In this document: positions 7,925 to 19,132 of the stretch, in pieces
Position numbering within the stretch: position 1 is the stretch's first letter
Layout: every line of letters begins with the position of its first letter
Assembly (NCBI GenBank): GCA_031411295.1
Contig: JANOAV010000134.1
Span: 69,953 to 133,952, forward strand
Origin: Verrucomicrobiales bacterium
GTDB taxonomy: Bacteria; Verrucomicrobiota; Verrucomicrobiia; Verrucomicrobiales; V1-33
Reading direction: 5' to 3'
DNA: 64,000 nt
Notes under the pieces: model-generated
What the model saw: the letters and a program-made list of their open reading frames with translations, nothing else
Told to the model about the DNA's origin: nothing
Databases searched by the model: none
Program-made: the position numbers and the translations under genes

Positions 7925-9601
7925 ATGAGTGCAGCACTCTGGGAACTAATTAATGCGCGTCATAAAGACCTGCGCGAAAACACCATCGTTCGTGGAACGA
8001 TCATCGACATCAAACCGCAAGTCGTCCTCGTGGACATCGGTTACAAATCTGAAGGCGTCATTCCTTCTGCAGAATTTGAAGATGAAGACATCCAAGTAGG
8101 AGACGAAATCGAAGTCCTCCTCGAAAAACTCGAAAACGATGAGGGCATGGTTGTCCTCTCGAAAGAAAAAGCCGCCCACAAACAAAACTGGGACAAGATC
8201 GTTAAAGTCTTCCAAGAAGGCGGTCTCGTTAAAGGTAAAGTCAAAGCCGTCGTCAAAGGTGGTCTTATGGTCAACGTGGGCGTGGAAGCCTTCCTGCCTG
8301 GCAGCCAGATCGACATCATTCCTCCCAAGGACCTCAGCGAATACGTCGGCAACGTTTACGAGTTCAAGATCGTCAAAATCAACGACGAGCGCAAGAACAT
8401 CGTCCTCAGCCGTCGCGAAGTTATCGAAGCAGAGCGTGCCGAACAACGTCAGCGCTTCCTCGAAACCGTCAAGATTGGCGACAAAGTGGACGGTGTGGTC
8501 AAGAACATCACCGACTTCGGTGCGTTCGTGGACCTCAACGGCATGGACGGCCTGCTGCACATCACGGATATGTCGTGGGGCCGCGTGAACCATCCTTCCG
8601 AAGTCCTCGTCATCGGTCAGCACCTGCTGGTGCAGATCCTGGACGTCAACAAAGAGAAAGAGCGCGTTTCCCTGGGCATCAAGCAGATGCAGAAGAACCC
8701 ATGGGAAAACATCGAAGCCCGTTACCCAACCGGCACCCACGTCAAAGGCAAGATCAGCAAGCTGGTGGCCTACGGTGCATTTGCCGAAATCGAAGAAGGC
8801 GTCGAAGGCCTCATCCACGTTTCCGAACTCTCCTGGACCAAACGTATCGCCCGTCCTTCCGACGTGCTTACCGTGGGTCAGGACATTTCCGCCGTGGTGC
8901 TGGGCATCAACAAAGAGGAGCAGAAGATCTCCCTCGGCGTGCGCCAACTCGACACCAACCCATGGGACGACATCGACGCTCGTTACCCCATCGGTTCCAA
9001 GGTCAAGGGCAAGGTCCGCAATCTCACCGCTTATGGTGCGTTCGTGGAAATGGAAGAAGGCATCGACGGTATGGTGCACGTTTCCGACCTCAGCTGGACC
9101 CGCAAGATCAACCACCCATCCGAAACCCTCAAGAAGGGCGACGAAGTGGAAGCTATCGTGCTGGAAATCGACAAGGCCAACCAACGGATCAGTCTCGGCT
9201 GCAAGCAGCTTGAGGGCGATCCATGGAGCGGCATTGACGACAAATTCCACGTCGGTGATCTGGTTAAAGGCACCGTGGCGAAGATCGCCAGCTTTGGCGC
9301 CTTCATCCAACTGCAAGACGACATCGACGGTCTGGTGCACATCAGCCAGCTCAGCGAAGACCACGTCAACCGCGTCAAGGACATCATCAAGGTGGGCCAG
9401 GAAGTGGACGCTCGCGTCATCAAAGTGGACAAAGTGGAACGCCGCATCGGCCTCTCCATCAAAGCCGCCAGCTACGACGAAGAGCAACTCAAGCGCGAAA
9501 CCGCAGCCTTCGAGGCCCTGCGTCCTTCCACGGACATGGTCGGTCTGGAACAAGCCTTCCAGTTCGCCACCGAAGAATGGCGCCCCGGCCAAACCAAGTA
9601 G
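7925..9601 (+). CDS. rpsA: 30S ribosomal protein S1
   Basis: Six S1 domains (VLVDIGYKSEG, DFGAFVDL..DGLLHITDMSW etc.); strongly biased codon usage. Confidence 0.98.
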   Translation: MSAALWELINARHKDLRENTIVRGTIIDIKPQVVLVDIGYKSEGVIPSAEFEDEDIQVGDEIEVLLEKLENDEGMVVLSKEKAAHKQNWDKIVKVFQEGGLVKGKVKAVVKGGLMVNVGVEAFLPGSQIDIIPPKDLSEYVGNVYEFKIVKINDERKNIVLSRREVIEAERAEQRQRFLETVKIGDKVDGVVKNITDFGAFVDLNGMDGLLHITDMSWGRVNHPSEVLVIGQHLLVQILDVNKEKERVSLGIKQMQKNPWENIEARYPTGTHVKGKISKLVAYGAFAEIEEGVEGLIHVSELSWTKRIARPSDVLTVGQDISAVVLGINKEEQKISLGVRQLDTNPWDDIDARYPIGSKVKGKVRNLTAYGAFVEMEEGIDGMVHVSDLSWTRKINHPSETLKKGDEVEAIVLEIDKANQRISLGCKQLEGDPWSGIDDKFHVGDLVKGTVAKIASFGAFIQLQDDIDGLVHISQLSEDHVNRVKDIIKVGQEVDARVIKVDKVERRIGLSIKAASYDEEQLKRETAAFEALRPSTDMVGLEQAFQFATEEWRPGQTK

Positions 9602-9622
9602 TGGCATGGGCATCCTGCCCAT
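9601..9622. repeat. Single REP-like palindrome, family A
   Basis: GTGGCATGGGCATCCTGCCCAT, near-identical to the arms at 23999-24020 and 24083-24103. Confidence 0.7.
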
Positions 9623-9657
9623 AAGCCAAGCCGCCTAAGTGCGGAACAAACCTCCCG

Positions 9658-9692
9658 AAAACCCCGTCCGCCGCAAGGCAGGCGGGGTTTTT
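9658..9692 (+). terminator. Rho-independent terminator of rpsA
   Basis: AAAACCCCGTC-CGCCGCAAGGCA-GGCGGGGTTTTT stem-loop with U tract. Confidence 0.85.
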
Positions 9693-9888
9693 GCTTGTGG
9701 AGCGGTGTGCTTCCAGTGAAACTCGCGTTTCACCAACAGTCAGTAAAATGGGATTTTCTCCCATAAACTCCATCCAACTTCATTCGCCACCCTATTACCC
9801 CCCCCATTAATTCCCGTAGCACCCCGAAATCAAACCAACGAGCTTTTCTTTCGTTGCAAGCCTTTGCTACTTGGCCATATTTGTCGGC

Positions 9889-10356
9889 ATGTCAAATACC
9901 CCCAACTTACCTCCCAATTCATTACCCGCCATCGGTCTGGTTGCTACACTGACGGCGTTGGAGCGGGCCGAGCTTTGTATTTACGGTGAATTCATCACTC
10001 ACGAGAAGGGCGGAACGGTTGTGGAACAAGGGCTTCCGCAGTCGTTTCTTCATCTCGTGATCAGCGGTGAATTCCGTGTTTTCGTCACCTCTGAGGATGC
10101 CATCATACCGCTTGGATATATGGAAGCGGGGGAAGCGGTGGGGGAAATGACTTTGCTGGAACCCGTCAACGCCAGCGCGAGCGTCGTGGCTAACGCTACG
10201 ACACAAGCCTGGTGCATCAACAGAACTCGATTTGAGGAATTTACTTCCGCACAACCAGCCATTGCCGTCAAGGTCCTCAAAGCTATCGCTATTCAACTGG
10301 CGCAACGCCTGCGCAAAGGTTCAGAGCGTTTGATTGAAGCGGAGACAGAAAGCTAA
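9889..10356 (+). CDS. Stand-alone cyclic-nucleotide-binding (cNMP) domain protein
   Basis: VVEQG...LVISGEFRV...[10 protein letters not shown]...ASASVVA cNMP fold; no HTH. Confidence 0.85.
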   Translation: MSNTPNLPPNSLPAIGLVATLTALERAELCIYGEFITHEKGGTVVEQGLPQSFLHLVISGEFRVFVTSEDAIIPLGYMEAGEAVGEMTLLEPVNASASVVANATTQAWCINRTRFEEFTSAQPAIAVKVLKAIAIQLAQRLRKGSERLIEAETES

Positions 10357-10360
10357 ATCG

Positions 10361-11632
10361 ATGTCGCTTTCCAGCAAACTTTTTTCCATTGCCAAGCAAT
10401 ACATCCCTGGCGGAGTCAATAGTCCAGTTCGTGCTTTCCGGAATGTGGGATCAGATCCATTTTTTGTTCAGCGCGCCAAAGGAAGTAAACTCTGGGATGT
10501 TGATGGCAAGCAACTCATTGACTATGTCCTGACATGGGGTCCCGCAATTCTTGGCCACGCACCCGAGAGCATCATTTCCGCTGTCCACACCGCAGCGAAA
10601 GACGGATTGAGCTTTGGAATCCCTAACGCTTATGAAGTTGAAATGGCCCGCCTCATCTGCGAGTGGGTCCCATCGATTGAAAAAGTGCGCATGGTCAACA
10701 GTGGCACCGAGGCCACGATGAGTTGCATTAGGTTGGCTCGGGGTTACACTAACCGGGATCGGGTCGTCAAATTTTCCGGTTGTTACCATGGGCACGTTGA
10801 TTCATTGCTGGTGGCTGCCGGGAGCGGAGCCCTAACTCATGGCCGTCCTGATAGCGCGGGCGTTCCTGCTGCGCTGGCAGCGCTAACCACCATCCTGCCG
10901 TTCAATGATTTTGCACAGTTGGAGGCACTGTTTGCCAATCAGGGGGACGAGATTGCCGCCCTGATTCTGGAGCCGGTGCCAGCCAATGCTGGACTCTATC
11001 TTCCCAAGCCCGGGTTCTTGGAGAAAATCCGGGAACTCACTGCCAAATATGGTGCTGTGCTCATTTTTGACGAAGTGATGACAGGATTTCGCTTAGCGAA
11101 GGGTGGGGTTCAAGAGCTCAAAAATATTAAGCCTGACCTGACTGCTTTGGGCAAGGTAATTGGCGGTGGATTGCCGGTCGGCGCATTTGGCGGCAAGCGG
11201 GAAATCATGGATTATCTGGCACCCGATGGTCCCGTCTATCAAGCCGGCACGCTATCTGGAAATCCTCTAGCCATGGTAGCGGGCTTGACCCAGCTCAAGG
11301 AATTGGATAAATCGCGGGCCTATGATCGTTTGGAAGAATTGGGTGCCATGCTGGAATCAGGAATCCATGAGATTAAGCGGAAGACGGGGCGCGATTTGAC
11401 CTTCAATCGAATCGGCAGCATGTTCTGTCTCTATTTCAATGGGAATCCTGTATGGAACCTTGAGGACGCCAAGAAAAGCGACGCTGCGGCCTTTGTTAGC
11501 TTCTTCCATAAATGTTTGGAAGGTGGCATTTACTTGGCTCCTAGTCCCTATGAAGCGGGATTTCTTTCCACTGCGCACAGTGAGGACGATTTGGCGCAGA
11601 CACTTGAGGTGATGGCCAAGGCCCTTAGTTAA
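10361..11632 (+). CDS. hemL: Glutamate-1-semialdehyde 2,1-aminomutase
   Basis: [38 protein letters not shown] and [10 protein letters not shown]. Confidence 0.97.
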   Translation: MSLSSKLFSIAKQYIPGGVNSPVRAFRNVGSDPFFVQRAKGSKLWDVDGKQLIDYVLTWGPAILGHAPESIISAVHTAAKDGLSFGIPNAYEVEMARLICEWVPSIEKVRMVNSGTEATMSCIRLARGYTNRDRVVKFSGCYHGHVDSLLVAAGSGALTHGRPDSAGVPAALAALTTILPFNDFAQLEALFANQGDEIAALILEPVPANAGLYLPKPGFLEKIRELTAKYGAVLIFDEVMTGFRLAKGGVQELKNIKPDLTALGKVIGGGLPVGAFGGKREIMDYLAPDGPVYQAGTLSGNPLAMVAGLTQLKELDKSRAYDRLEELGAMLESGIHEIKRKTGRDLTFNRIGSMFCLYFNGNPVWNLEDAKKSDAAAFVSFFHKCLEGGIYLAPSPYEAGFLSTAHSEDDLAQTLEVMAKALS

Positions 11633-11660
11633 TGACTGCGCAAAGATTTGTGGAAACTGC

Positions 11661-12998
11661 TCATACTTCGGCCAGCATTTCTTTGGCATCACCAAAAGTC
11701 TGCGGATGCACCTCCATCTTGTCCATCATTGACATAAAGAGCCGACACAGTTGGCGCTCTGGTTTTTCCTTATAATCCAGCACTCGGCCTCCCTGAAGGC
11801 GGCCTCCAGCACCGCCCAGCACGATTATTGGTAACTGGTCGTTGTCGTGTTTGGCCCCGGCCATCATGCTGGAGCAATGCATTAGCATGGTATTGTCCAG
11901 AAGGGTGCTGGGGCCTTCTTGGATGCTTTCCAACTTGCCTGCGACATAGGCGAGTTGCTCCATGAAAAATTGATTCACTTTCAAGAAATCATCGCCATCT
12001 GAATGGGAGAGCAGATGATGGATCATGTAGTCGATTCCTTGGCCAGCCTGCTGGACGGAAGGCAGATTGGGGAATCGCAATGCGCTATGATCGTTGTTCA
12101 GTTTTAGCGTCGTGATGCGCGTGGTATCGGTCTGGAATCCTAGCACGAGAATGTCGCTCATCAGCCGCATGTGTTCCGCAATGTCCTGGGGGATTCCATC
12201 AGCGGGCCGAGGCCTATTCGGCTTGTCGAGCGTGGGCCGCCAGCCTTGGATTTCACCGCGTTGGCCTGCATGCTCGATCCGCTTCTCCACATCCCGCACC
12301 GAATCCAAATACTCATCCAGTTTACGCTGATCATGATTGCTGATGTTCTTCCGTAAATTTTGCGCATCTGCCAGCACGGCATCCAGCACGCTCCTGTCAC
12401 CCGGGGTGACTTCGTCCTTGAAGAGTCGGTCGAACGCCAGCGCTGGATATAATTCCAATGGCGTGGGGGTCGTGGGTGAACTCCAGGAAATGTGCGAACT
12501 GTAGAGCATGGAGTAGTTTTTATGCACGGAAGGATTCGATTGTTCGCAGCCGAGCACGAGACTGGGAACTTTGGTAGAGCGACCATAAGTCTGCGCTAGA
12601 AGTTGATCGACGCTTGTGCCAGAGCGGATTTCACCACCGGAGGCGATGGGGGCGCCTGATAGTAAATTGCCTGTCTGAGAACTATGAATGTTTCCCTTCG
12701 TGGCTTCTTGATGATAGAGTCCCTTCACGAACAATAATTTTTCCCGGAAATCATGGAGTGGAGCCAACACCTTGCCGAGTTCCATGGCCTTGCCTTCGCC
12801 CTTGGCCCACCATTCTTTGGAGTGGAATCCATTTCCGGAAAACAAGACGGCAAGTCGCACGGGAGCTTCACTTGATGGCTGGTTTTTCTGCGGCTCATCT
12901 CCCCAGACATTGAATGACTCTAACCAGGGCAGCGCCATGGAAACACCGGCCCCGCGGAGAAAGGCGCGACGAGAGAAGTGATGAGATTTTGGATGCAT
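11661..12998 (-). CDS. DUF1552 domain-containing protein, Tat signal
   Basis: SRRAFLRGAGVSMALPWLES, SVDQ, ISWSSPTTP, LDEYLDSVRDVE and LLDNTM. Confidence 0.9.
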   Translation of the reverse strand: MHPKSHHFSRRAFLRGAGVSMALPWLESFNVWGDEPQKNQPSSEAPVRLAVLFSGNGFHSKEWWAKGEGKAMELGKVLAPLHDFREKLLFVKGLYHQEATKGNIHSSQTGNLLSGAPIASGGEIRSGTSVDQLLAQTYGRSTKVPSLVLGCEQSNPSVHKNYSMLYSSHISWSSPTTPTPLELYPALAFDRLFKDEVTPGDRSVLDAVLADAQNLRKNISNHDQRKLDEYLDSVRDVEKRIEHAGQRGEIQGWRPTLDKPNRPRPADGIPQDIAEHMRLMSDILVLGFQTDTTRITTLKLNNDHSALRFPNLPSVQQAGQGIDYMIHHLLSHSDGDDFLKVNQFFMEQLAYVAGKLESIQEGPSTLLDNTMLMHCSSMMAGAKHDNDQLPIIVLGGAGGRLQGGRVLDYKEKPERQLCRLFMSMMDKMEVHPQTFGDAKEMLAEV

Positions 12999-13015
12999 GG
13001 ATTTTGTGCTGGCTG

Positions 13016-16000
13016 CTAGTTTACTTCGTAGTCCCGTCCCCGCACTTCCCGGAACTGCGGGCTGCGGACAATCAGATCAATTGCGATACTAACTTTATAT
13101 TGGTTGGCTTGCAACTGCGCAAGCATCGTGTCCAACAGCGGTTTGTCCGAGTGTTGCACGCTGCGTCCGAGCGCATACCCCAGCAGCTTGCGACAGAATT
13201 GGCGTAGAAAATCATCGCTTCGTTGTCCGGTAAGATAAGCCCGTAGTCCTTCGAAGCCCGCGATTGGAGTTCCGTTCAGTAGTTTAGTGTCGGTGTTGAT
13301 GGGCAATCCTGCGGCATCCTGAGTGCGCGCCCGGCCAATGGCATCGAACCCTTCCAGTGCAAATCCGTAGGGATCGATGCGCTTATGGCAACCGGCACAG
13401 TTGTTGTCATTGCTGTGACGTTCGATGAGTTGTCGCTCCGTGAACCCCTGCGGAGCTTCATCTGGCAGCACGGGCACGCCCTTCGGCGGGCGTGGTAGTT
13501 TGTCCCCCAGCAAAACTTCACTGAGCCAATTGCCACGCAAGATTGGGCTCGTGCGCGAAGCTCCGCTTTGTTTGGCCAGCGTGCTGGCGAACCCCAAGAT
13601 GCCGCCCCGGCCCTTGGCGCGCAGGCCTTCCACGCGCTGCCAGTCGTCGCCTTTGGTGGCTATACCATAGTGCTTTGCCAATGCTCCGTTCACGAAACTG
13701 TAGTCCGCATCTAGAAGCGAGAGCACCGATCGATCTCCCTGCCAAAGATCCATGAAGAAGCGCACCGCTTCCTCCTGCATGGATTCGCGCACCGAGAGGA
13801 AGGTGGGGAAATGTCGTTCGCTTTTTTCGTTCAAGGTCGCCACATCCCTAACATGCAGCCATTGGCAACCGAACTCCGTTGCCAGGCGACGAATATTTTC
13901 GTGCTGACAAAGGCGCTGTGCTTCTGCTGCGAGAATGTTGGAACTCTGCAAACTTCCGGCCGCAGCGAGTGAGCGCAACTCTGCATCGGGAGCGGAGGAC
14001 CAAAGGAAATAGCTCAGGCGGGTAGCCAATTCCCAATTGCTAACAGGTGCGGATTTGATTCCGGGCGGGGTCGACTCTCCGCGATAAAGAAAGGCTGGCG
14101 ACACCAAGACGCGAGTTAGCAGCAAGCGGATCGCCTCCTGATGGGGAATCGTTTCCGCGCGCAATTGCTGATACAGTCTCCGCAACTCCTCCTTTTCGGA
14201 GACTAGCAGGGGTCTGCGATACGCTTGTTCCGCAAAATTTAGCACCGCACCGAGGTGACTGGGTTCCGCGGCCGTGAGTTGCTTTTTGAAATCCTCCGCG
14301 CGCTGCTTGATGGGTTCCCGCATGGGGGTGAAGGCGCTGGGGTCAGCGTCCTGGGTGGCAAATTGCCAAAGCTGTTCAAACGCGTCCACCAACTTCAGTG
14401 CATCCTGACTCACAAAATGTAATTCTTGCCAGAGTCGATCCACCTCAGCCGACTCAGCATCGTCGAGCATGAGTCGGCGCAAGTGATCATCCTCACGATA
14501 GTTGAGGGTGAGCGTGACGACCTCGTCCACTGGCACGAGTTTCGTATAGCACAGCGCGGCGGGGAAGAGTTGGCGAAAGTCCTCCAGATCAGCCTCCACG
14601 CGCTTCTGGGCGGCACTGCCGTTTCGGACCAGAATCGGACTATCCGTTGCCACCGAAACGTCACCATCCGACCACGTGCGTTTCCCTCCCACTGGCTGCA
14701 CCGCACCGGCAGCAAGACCGGCCGATGTAGGTGGCTTCGTGGTCAGGGCCTGCATATGCACGCTGCCCTCCGCTCCTGTTGCTTTTTGCAACGTGGTCGT
14801 CGCGACAAATTCACAACCTTCTGCCAGGTCCATCGGCAGGCTGATTTCGATCACGGATGGGGCTTGCACGCAGAGTTGATTCTTTCCGGTAACGAATAGG
14901 GCGGGATCTAGCCCCGATGTTCCGGTGGTGTCGTTTCCTTCGCGAAATGTTCGATCACGCAACACAGAGCCTAACAGTGGTCCGTTCACCGCTGATAGCA
15001 GTTGATGCAATTTGGCGTCAGGCGTTTCTGGCGCGCCCACTGGACCTTCCAGCAGAAGTTTTTCCATCGCGGTCGCGAGTGATTGCTTGTCGTCAGGGGC
15101 ACTAGTAGCCATCCATCTTGCCAGTAGGGATCCCTGCGGAAACACCGGGGTGTTAGTCCCTTCCTTGTCTTGCTCGCTATGGAAATGCCAGACCTCAGCA
15201 TTTCCGAGGCTGTCGGCATGAGGATTTCCCGCCAGCAGATCGGGCGATACATCCTTGGCCAGATTCCAGTGGTTGGTGCCATCACTCAAATTGATATTTA
15301 CCGACGTGAGATCACACGAGTGGTTCCCATCCTGAGGACTAACGATCAGGGAAATGGCGTCGCCCGGCTCCACGCTAAGGTTAGCCAGCGGGCCGAATTT
15401 CACTTCGGTGGCATCCTGGGCGATGCCTGCTGCTAAAGCTTGTCGCGTATTTCCCCGCCGCAATTCCACCCGCCAGGCCACTCCATTCCCGCAAGCCGTA
15501 TGCGCATGCTGCACCATGCCATCCAGCTTCAGCGTGGCTGACACGGGACTGCGCCAAGTAATGATAACCCTCTGGGTGGGGGAGGGATGAACCGCCACGC
15601 TATGCGGCTTCATGTTGCCGGGAATCGTCACCAGCTGATCGGATGAATTTGCCACCACGCTAAGAGCATCCGCGCCCGTCCAGCCTTTGATGAAATCATA
15701 GTTTTGTGAGGCCTCGGATTTGGTGGTCATATGTCCACCTAGCATCGTTGGCCCAACTCCCAGCCCCAAGCAATGCAACCAAGCCCCTAATGCTGCAGGA
15801 TCGAGTCCATGCTTCGCTGCAAGTTCAGCAGGCTTCACATCCGGTGACAGCTCTGCAGCCGCAGCTAAGCATTTGGCGGTGTCAGTAAATAACTTCGTGC
15901 GCAGCTTCGTCAGGGCCTGAGCCGCGGCTCGCACCTCTTGCAGTGGTAAATCTGGACGGCCCGCTGCGACCAGCCTTGGGTTATCCCAAACGGCAAAATC

Positions 16001-17194
16001 ATGCGCGTTGCCATCACCCGCGTCCGTCGTCACCAGAAACAATTTCATCTCCTTGCCATCGGCCGTGGGCGCGAGTTTTAGCCGAACCTCACGAGATTCA
16101 GCCAACGGACTTACTGGCACCATCCACGCCTTGGGACCATCCCGCTTGCCGATGTGACCCACCGTGGTGAACCGCCACAAGGCTTGCTGCCATTGGGCAA
16201 TCCGCTGCGCCAACGCTGGTGCGTCCTCCGGTTTACTGTTGCGCCACGCAGCCCGCAACTGATCCAACAACATGGAAGGCTGCGCGTCATTCAATGCGGT
16301 CCACAGCGTCGTGAGATACTTGGCATTCAAGCCTGTTTCGCTTGCGACATCCGTTAGCGATTTCCCATTTCGAATGGCCTCTCGTTCCGAGAGCGTGGTG
16401 GCTAAATATCGCTCCAAGGGTAAGACTCCGCCATCCTTGGTATCAAATTTTATCCCTTGGAGATTCACCACTCCACCGCCACCGTTGATGGTAAATTTAG
16501 CATAGAAGGCCCGAATAGCCGCCAGCCGCTCCTCCGTCCAATCGCTCTGAGAGGTGCTCGCTGAAAAGGAGATTCCATTCGGCAGCAGCACTGCATGGGC
16601 CGCCACCTCCTTGGCTGCATCCAGGTATTTCGTCAGCAGGGTGGGGGACATGACCAAGGCCGCTCCTACATTCGTGAACCCTTCTCCTGCAGCTCCGTCC
16701 ACCGGAAATTCGCGAGCGGGATCCAGCGACTGAATTTTCGTTAGATCGCGCAGGGTGTAGGTGTATTCCATGTTCGACAACCTGCGCATGATCACCGGAC
16801 CGGGGTCCCCTGCATTTGCCAAGGCCATTTCATCAAGCGTGCTGCGCAGCCATGAGGTCAACGCAAGTTTCTGTTCGGGAGCAAACTGAGGTTTATCCTT
16901 CGGCGGCATCTCCCCGCTCTCCAACTGCTCCAGCACATTCTGCCAGATGAGGGGGGCTCGTTTGATCTCCGCCAGCGATCCGAATCGTTCCAAATCAAGG
17001 TCGCCCTTCTGCTTCTCTGTGGAGTGACAGCCCAGGCATCGTTCCTGCAAGAGTGGCTGGATCTCGCCTGCGAAATCAGCGGCGGTCAGCGGACCCCAAG
17101 GGGCCAAAGCGATTAAGCTCGCAGGAATCGTAGATCGTTGCGAGGGGAGCCAATTTCGAACTCTTCTGAGGCTTCGTTGCTTCATGGTCTCCAT
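13016..17194 (-). CDS. Planctomycete-type cytochrome c / DUF1587-DUF1592-DUF1588-DUF1585 protein
   Basis: CLGCH and CAGCH haem motifs, RRLSNMEY, LATRLSYFLWSS and TSPILRG. Confidence 0.9.
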   Translation of the reverse strand: METMKQRSLRRVRNWLPSQRSTIPASLIALAPWGPLTAADFAGEIQPLLQERCLGCHSTEKQKGDLDLERFGSLAEIKRAPLIWQNVLEQLESGEMPPKDKPQFAPEQKLALTSWLRSTLDEMALANAGDPGPVIMRRLSNMEYTYTLRDLTKIQSLDPAREFPVDGAAGEGFTNVGAALVMSPTLLTKYLDAAKEVAAHAVLLPNGISFSASTSQSDWTEERLAAIRAFYAKFTINGGGGVVNLQGIKFDTKDGGVLPLERYLATTLSEREAIRNGKSLTDVASETGLNAKYLTTLWTALNDAQPSMLLDQLRAAWRNSKPEDAPALAQRIAQWQQALWRFTTVGHIGKRDGPKAWMVPVSPLAESREVRLKLAPTADGKEMKLFLVTTDAGDGNAHDFAVWDNPRLVAAGRPDLPLQEVRAAAQALTKLRTKLFTDTAKCLAAAAELSPDVKPAELAAKHGLDPAALGAWLHCLGLGVGPTMLGGHMTTKSEASQNYDFIKGWTGADALSVVANSSDQLVTIPGNMKPHSVAVHPSPTQRVIITWRSPVSATLKLDGMVQHAHTACGNGVAWRVELRRGNTRQALAAGIAQDATEVKFGPLANLSVEPGDAISLIVSPQDGNHSCDLTSVNINLSDGTNHWNLAKDVSPDLLAGNPHADSLGNAEVWHFHSEQDKEGTNTPVFPQGSLLARWMATSAPDDKQSLATAMEKLLLEGPVGAPETPDAKLHQLLSAVNGPLLGSVLRDRTFREGNDTTGTSGLDPALFVTGKNQLCVQAPSVIEISLPMDLAEGCEFVATTTLQKATGAEGSVHMQALTTKPPTSAGLAAGAVQPVGGKRTWSDGDVSVATDSPILVRNGSAAQKRVEADLEDFRQLFPAALCYTKLVPVDEVVTLTLNYREDDHLRRLMLDDAESAEVDRLWQELHFVSQDALKLVDAFEQLWQFATQDADPSAFTPMREPIKQRAEDFKKQLTAAEPSHLGAVLNFAEQAYRRPLLVSEKEELRRLYQQLRAETIPHQEAIRLLLTRVLVSPAFLYRGESTPPGIKSAPVSNWELATRLSYFLWSSAPDAELRSLAAAGSLQSSNILAAEAQRLCQHENIRRLATEFGCQWLHVRDVATLNEKSERHFPTFLSVRESMQEEAVRFFMDLWQGDRSVLSLLDADYSFVNGALAKHYGIATKGDDWQRVEGLRAKGRGGILGFASTLAKQSGASRTSPILRGNWLSEVLLGDKLPRPPKGVPVLPDEAPQGFTERQLIERHSNDNNCAGCHKRIDPYGFALEGFDAIGRARTQDAAGLPINTDTKLLNGTPIAGFEGLRAYLTGQRSDDFLRQFCRKLLGYALGRSVQHSDKPLLDTMLAQLQANQYKVSIAIDLIVRSPQFREVRGRDYEVN

Positions 17195-17399
17195 TAGACT
17201 GCGCTCCCGCCCTTGTCGATCTGGCTGACCTTACGTAATGATGCGAATGCTTACGCGTCCCAGGCTCTGCCGGTGGGTTCGAATTTCGTGCCAATATTTT
17301 TGGAAACAAAATTTTCGCATCTGGGGCTGACAAGCGCCCATCCCCCGATATAGTGTGCGTTCCCCTGAATTATAACCTTAGCAAAATCACCTCGATCTC

Positions 17400-19073
17400 A
17401 TGATCGCTAATCCATCGCAGAAATACCGTCCGTTTCCCGTGTTGTCCATGCCTAACCGCCAATGGCCATCGCGTGAACTTACCCATGCTCCCATCTGGTG
17501 CAGCGTGGATCTTCGGGACGGAAATCAAGCGCTGGCCGTGCCCATGAATGTTTCCCAGAAGCTGGAGTTGTTTGATGCCTTGGTGAAATGTGGTTTCAAG
17601 CAAATCGAAGTCGGCTTCCCGTCCGCTTCGGATACGGAGTTCGCCTTCATGCGGCAATTGATTGAAGGTGGCCGCATTCCAGCGGATGTCACCATCCAAG
17701 TCCTGGTGCAGGCGCGGGAAGATTTGATCGAGCGCACCGTGGAATCGTTGATTGGGGCGCCCAGCGTGATCATCCATTTGTATAACAGCACTTCTCCTGC
17801 GCAGCGCGAAATCGTGTTCGGTCTGGAGAAAAAGGACATCGTGAAGATGGCGGTGCGCGGAGCGAAAATGATCCAGGAACGGCTTCCCCGCTTGGCTGGC
17901 AGTCGCGTGCAGTTGCAATACTCCCCGGAAAGTTTCAGCGCCACCGAGGTGGAGTTTTCTCTGGAAGTCTGTGAAGCGGTCATGGAAGTCTGGAAGCCTA
18001 CGGTGGAAAACAAGGTCATCCTGAATCTGCCGGACACGGTGGAAGTTGCTATGCCTAACGTTTACGCGGACCAGATCGAATGGTTCATCACGCATCTGAA
18101 AAATCGCGATGCGGTCACGATCAGTTTGCATACCCACAACGACCGCGGCACCGGCACCGCCGCCACCGAACTGGGTCTGCTGGCAGGCGCGGATCGCGTG
18201 GAAGGAACGCTTTTCGGCAATGGTGAGCGCACCGGGAATTTGGATATCATCAACGTGGCGATGAATCTCTACATGCATGGGATTGACCCGGAATTGGATT
18301 TCTCGAACATTAATGCATTGATCTCCATTTACGAGCGTTGCACCGGCATGACCGTGCCGCCACGGCAGCCGTATGCTGGAGAGTTGGTGTTCACGGCATT
18401 CAGCGGCAGCCACCAGGATGCGGTGAAAAAGGGCCTGCAAAAACGCACGGAACTGCTGCAGCAGACCGAAGGTGAAGTGCGGTGGAATGTTCCTTACTTG
18501 ACGATCGATCCCGAAGACTTGGGCCGGAAATATCGCGAAGTCATCCGCGTCAACAGTCAGAGCGGCAAAGGTGGCGTGGCCTACCTGCTGGAAAGCGACT
18601 ATGGTATTTCCCTGCCCAAGGATCTACAGCGCGAATTCGGTCCGCTCGCCAACACGTTAGTGGATCGACTGGGTCGCGAAGTCACAGCGGCGGAATTGAA
18701 AGACATGTTCTATCAGGAATATGTGGACCGCACCACGCCCTGGACGCTGGAATCCTTTTCGGATGAAGGCAAGGGCGGCACGACCCGCACCGTGGCAGAA
18801 GTGAAATTTAACTCCGAATCCTTACTTCTTAAAGGCGAAGGCAACGGACCGCTGGCGGCCTTCATGCACAGCCTGCCGCCCACCCAACAAGCCGGCTTGG
18901 ATATCACCGACTACAGCCAGCATTCGCTCGGCAGTGGCGCTGACGCCCAAGCCATCGCTTACGTGCGGCTGAAGAACTCCGCCGGCAAACAAGCCTACGG
19001 AGTGGGGGTGCACACCAGCATCGAGTTAGCCTCAATCAATGCGGTGCTCAGTGCACTAAATCGGCTGGGCTGA
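17400..19073 (+). CDS. leuA: 2-isopropylmalate synthase (yeast/actinobacterial type)
   Basis: WCSVDLRDGNQAL, SLHTHNDRG, GNGERTGN and C-terminal regulatory domain. Confidence 0.96.
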   Translation: MIANPSQKYRPFPVLSMPNRQWPSRELTHAPIWCSVDLRDGNQALAVPMNVSQKLELFDALVKCGFKQIEVGFPSASDTEFAFMRQLIEGGRIPADVTIQVLVQAREDLIERTVESLIGAPSVIIHLYNSTSPAQREIVFGLEKKDIVKMAVRGAKMIQERLPRLAGSRVQLQYSPESFSATEVEFSLEVCEAVMEVWKPTVENKVILNLPDTVEVAMPNVYADQIEWFITHLKNRDAVTISLHTHNDRGTGTAATELGLLAGADRVEGTLFGNGERTGNLDIINVAMNLYMHGIDPELDFSNINALISIYERCTGMTVPPRQPYAGELVFTAFSGSHQDAVKKGLQKRTELLQQTEGEVRWNVPYLTIDPEDLGRKYREVIRVNSQSGKGGVAYLLESDYGISLPKDLQREFGPLANTLVDRLGREVTAAELKDMFYQEYVDRTTPWTLESFSDEGKGGTTRTVAEVKFNSESLLLKGEGNGPLAAFMHSLPPTQQAGLDITDYSQHSLGSGADAQAIAYVRLKNSAGKQAYGVGVHTSIELASINAVLSALNRLG

Positions 19074-19132
19074 GGAGGCTTGCCCTGAAGTCTGGATTGC
19101 AAAGTTCGGATCTCGGCGGAAATTGGCGCATT

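Noticed and set aside
7946..9622. 558-aa antisense ORF spanning rpsA, plus alternate-frame ORFs
   Set aside because: Shadow ORF expected from the strong codon bias of a highly expressed gene; no protein-like motifs.
17200..17399. Leucine leader peptide/attenuator before leuA
   Set aside because: No Leu-rich short ORF or terminator/antiterminator was seen.
17370..18440. 356-aa antisense ORF over leuA
   Set aside because: Shadow of a well-supported gene in GC-rich DNA.
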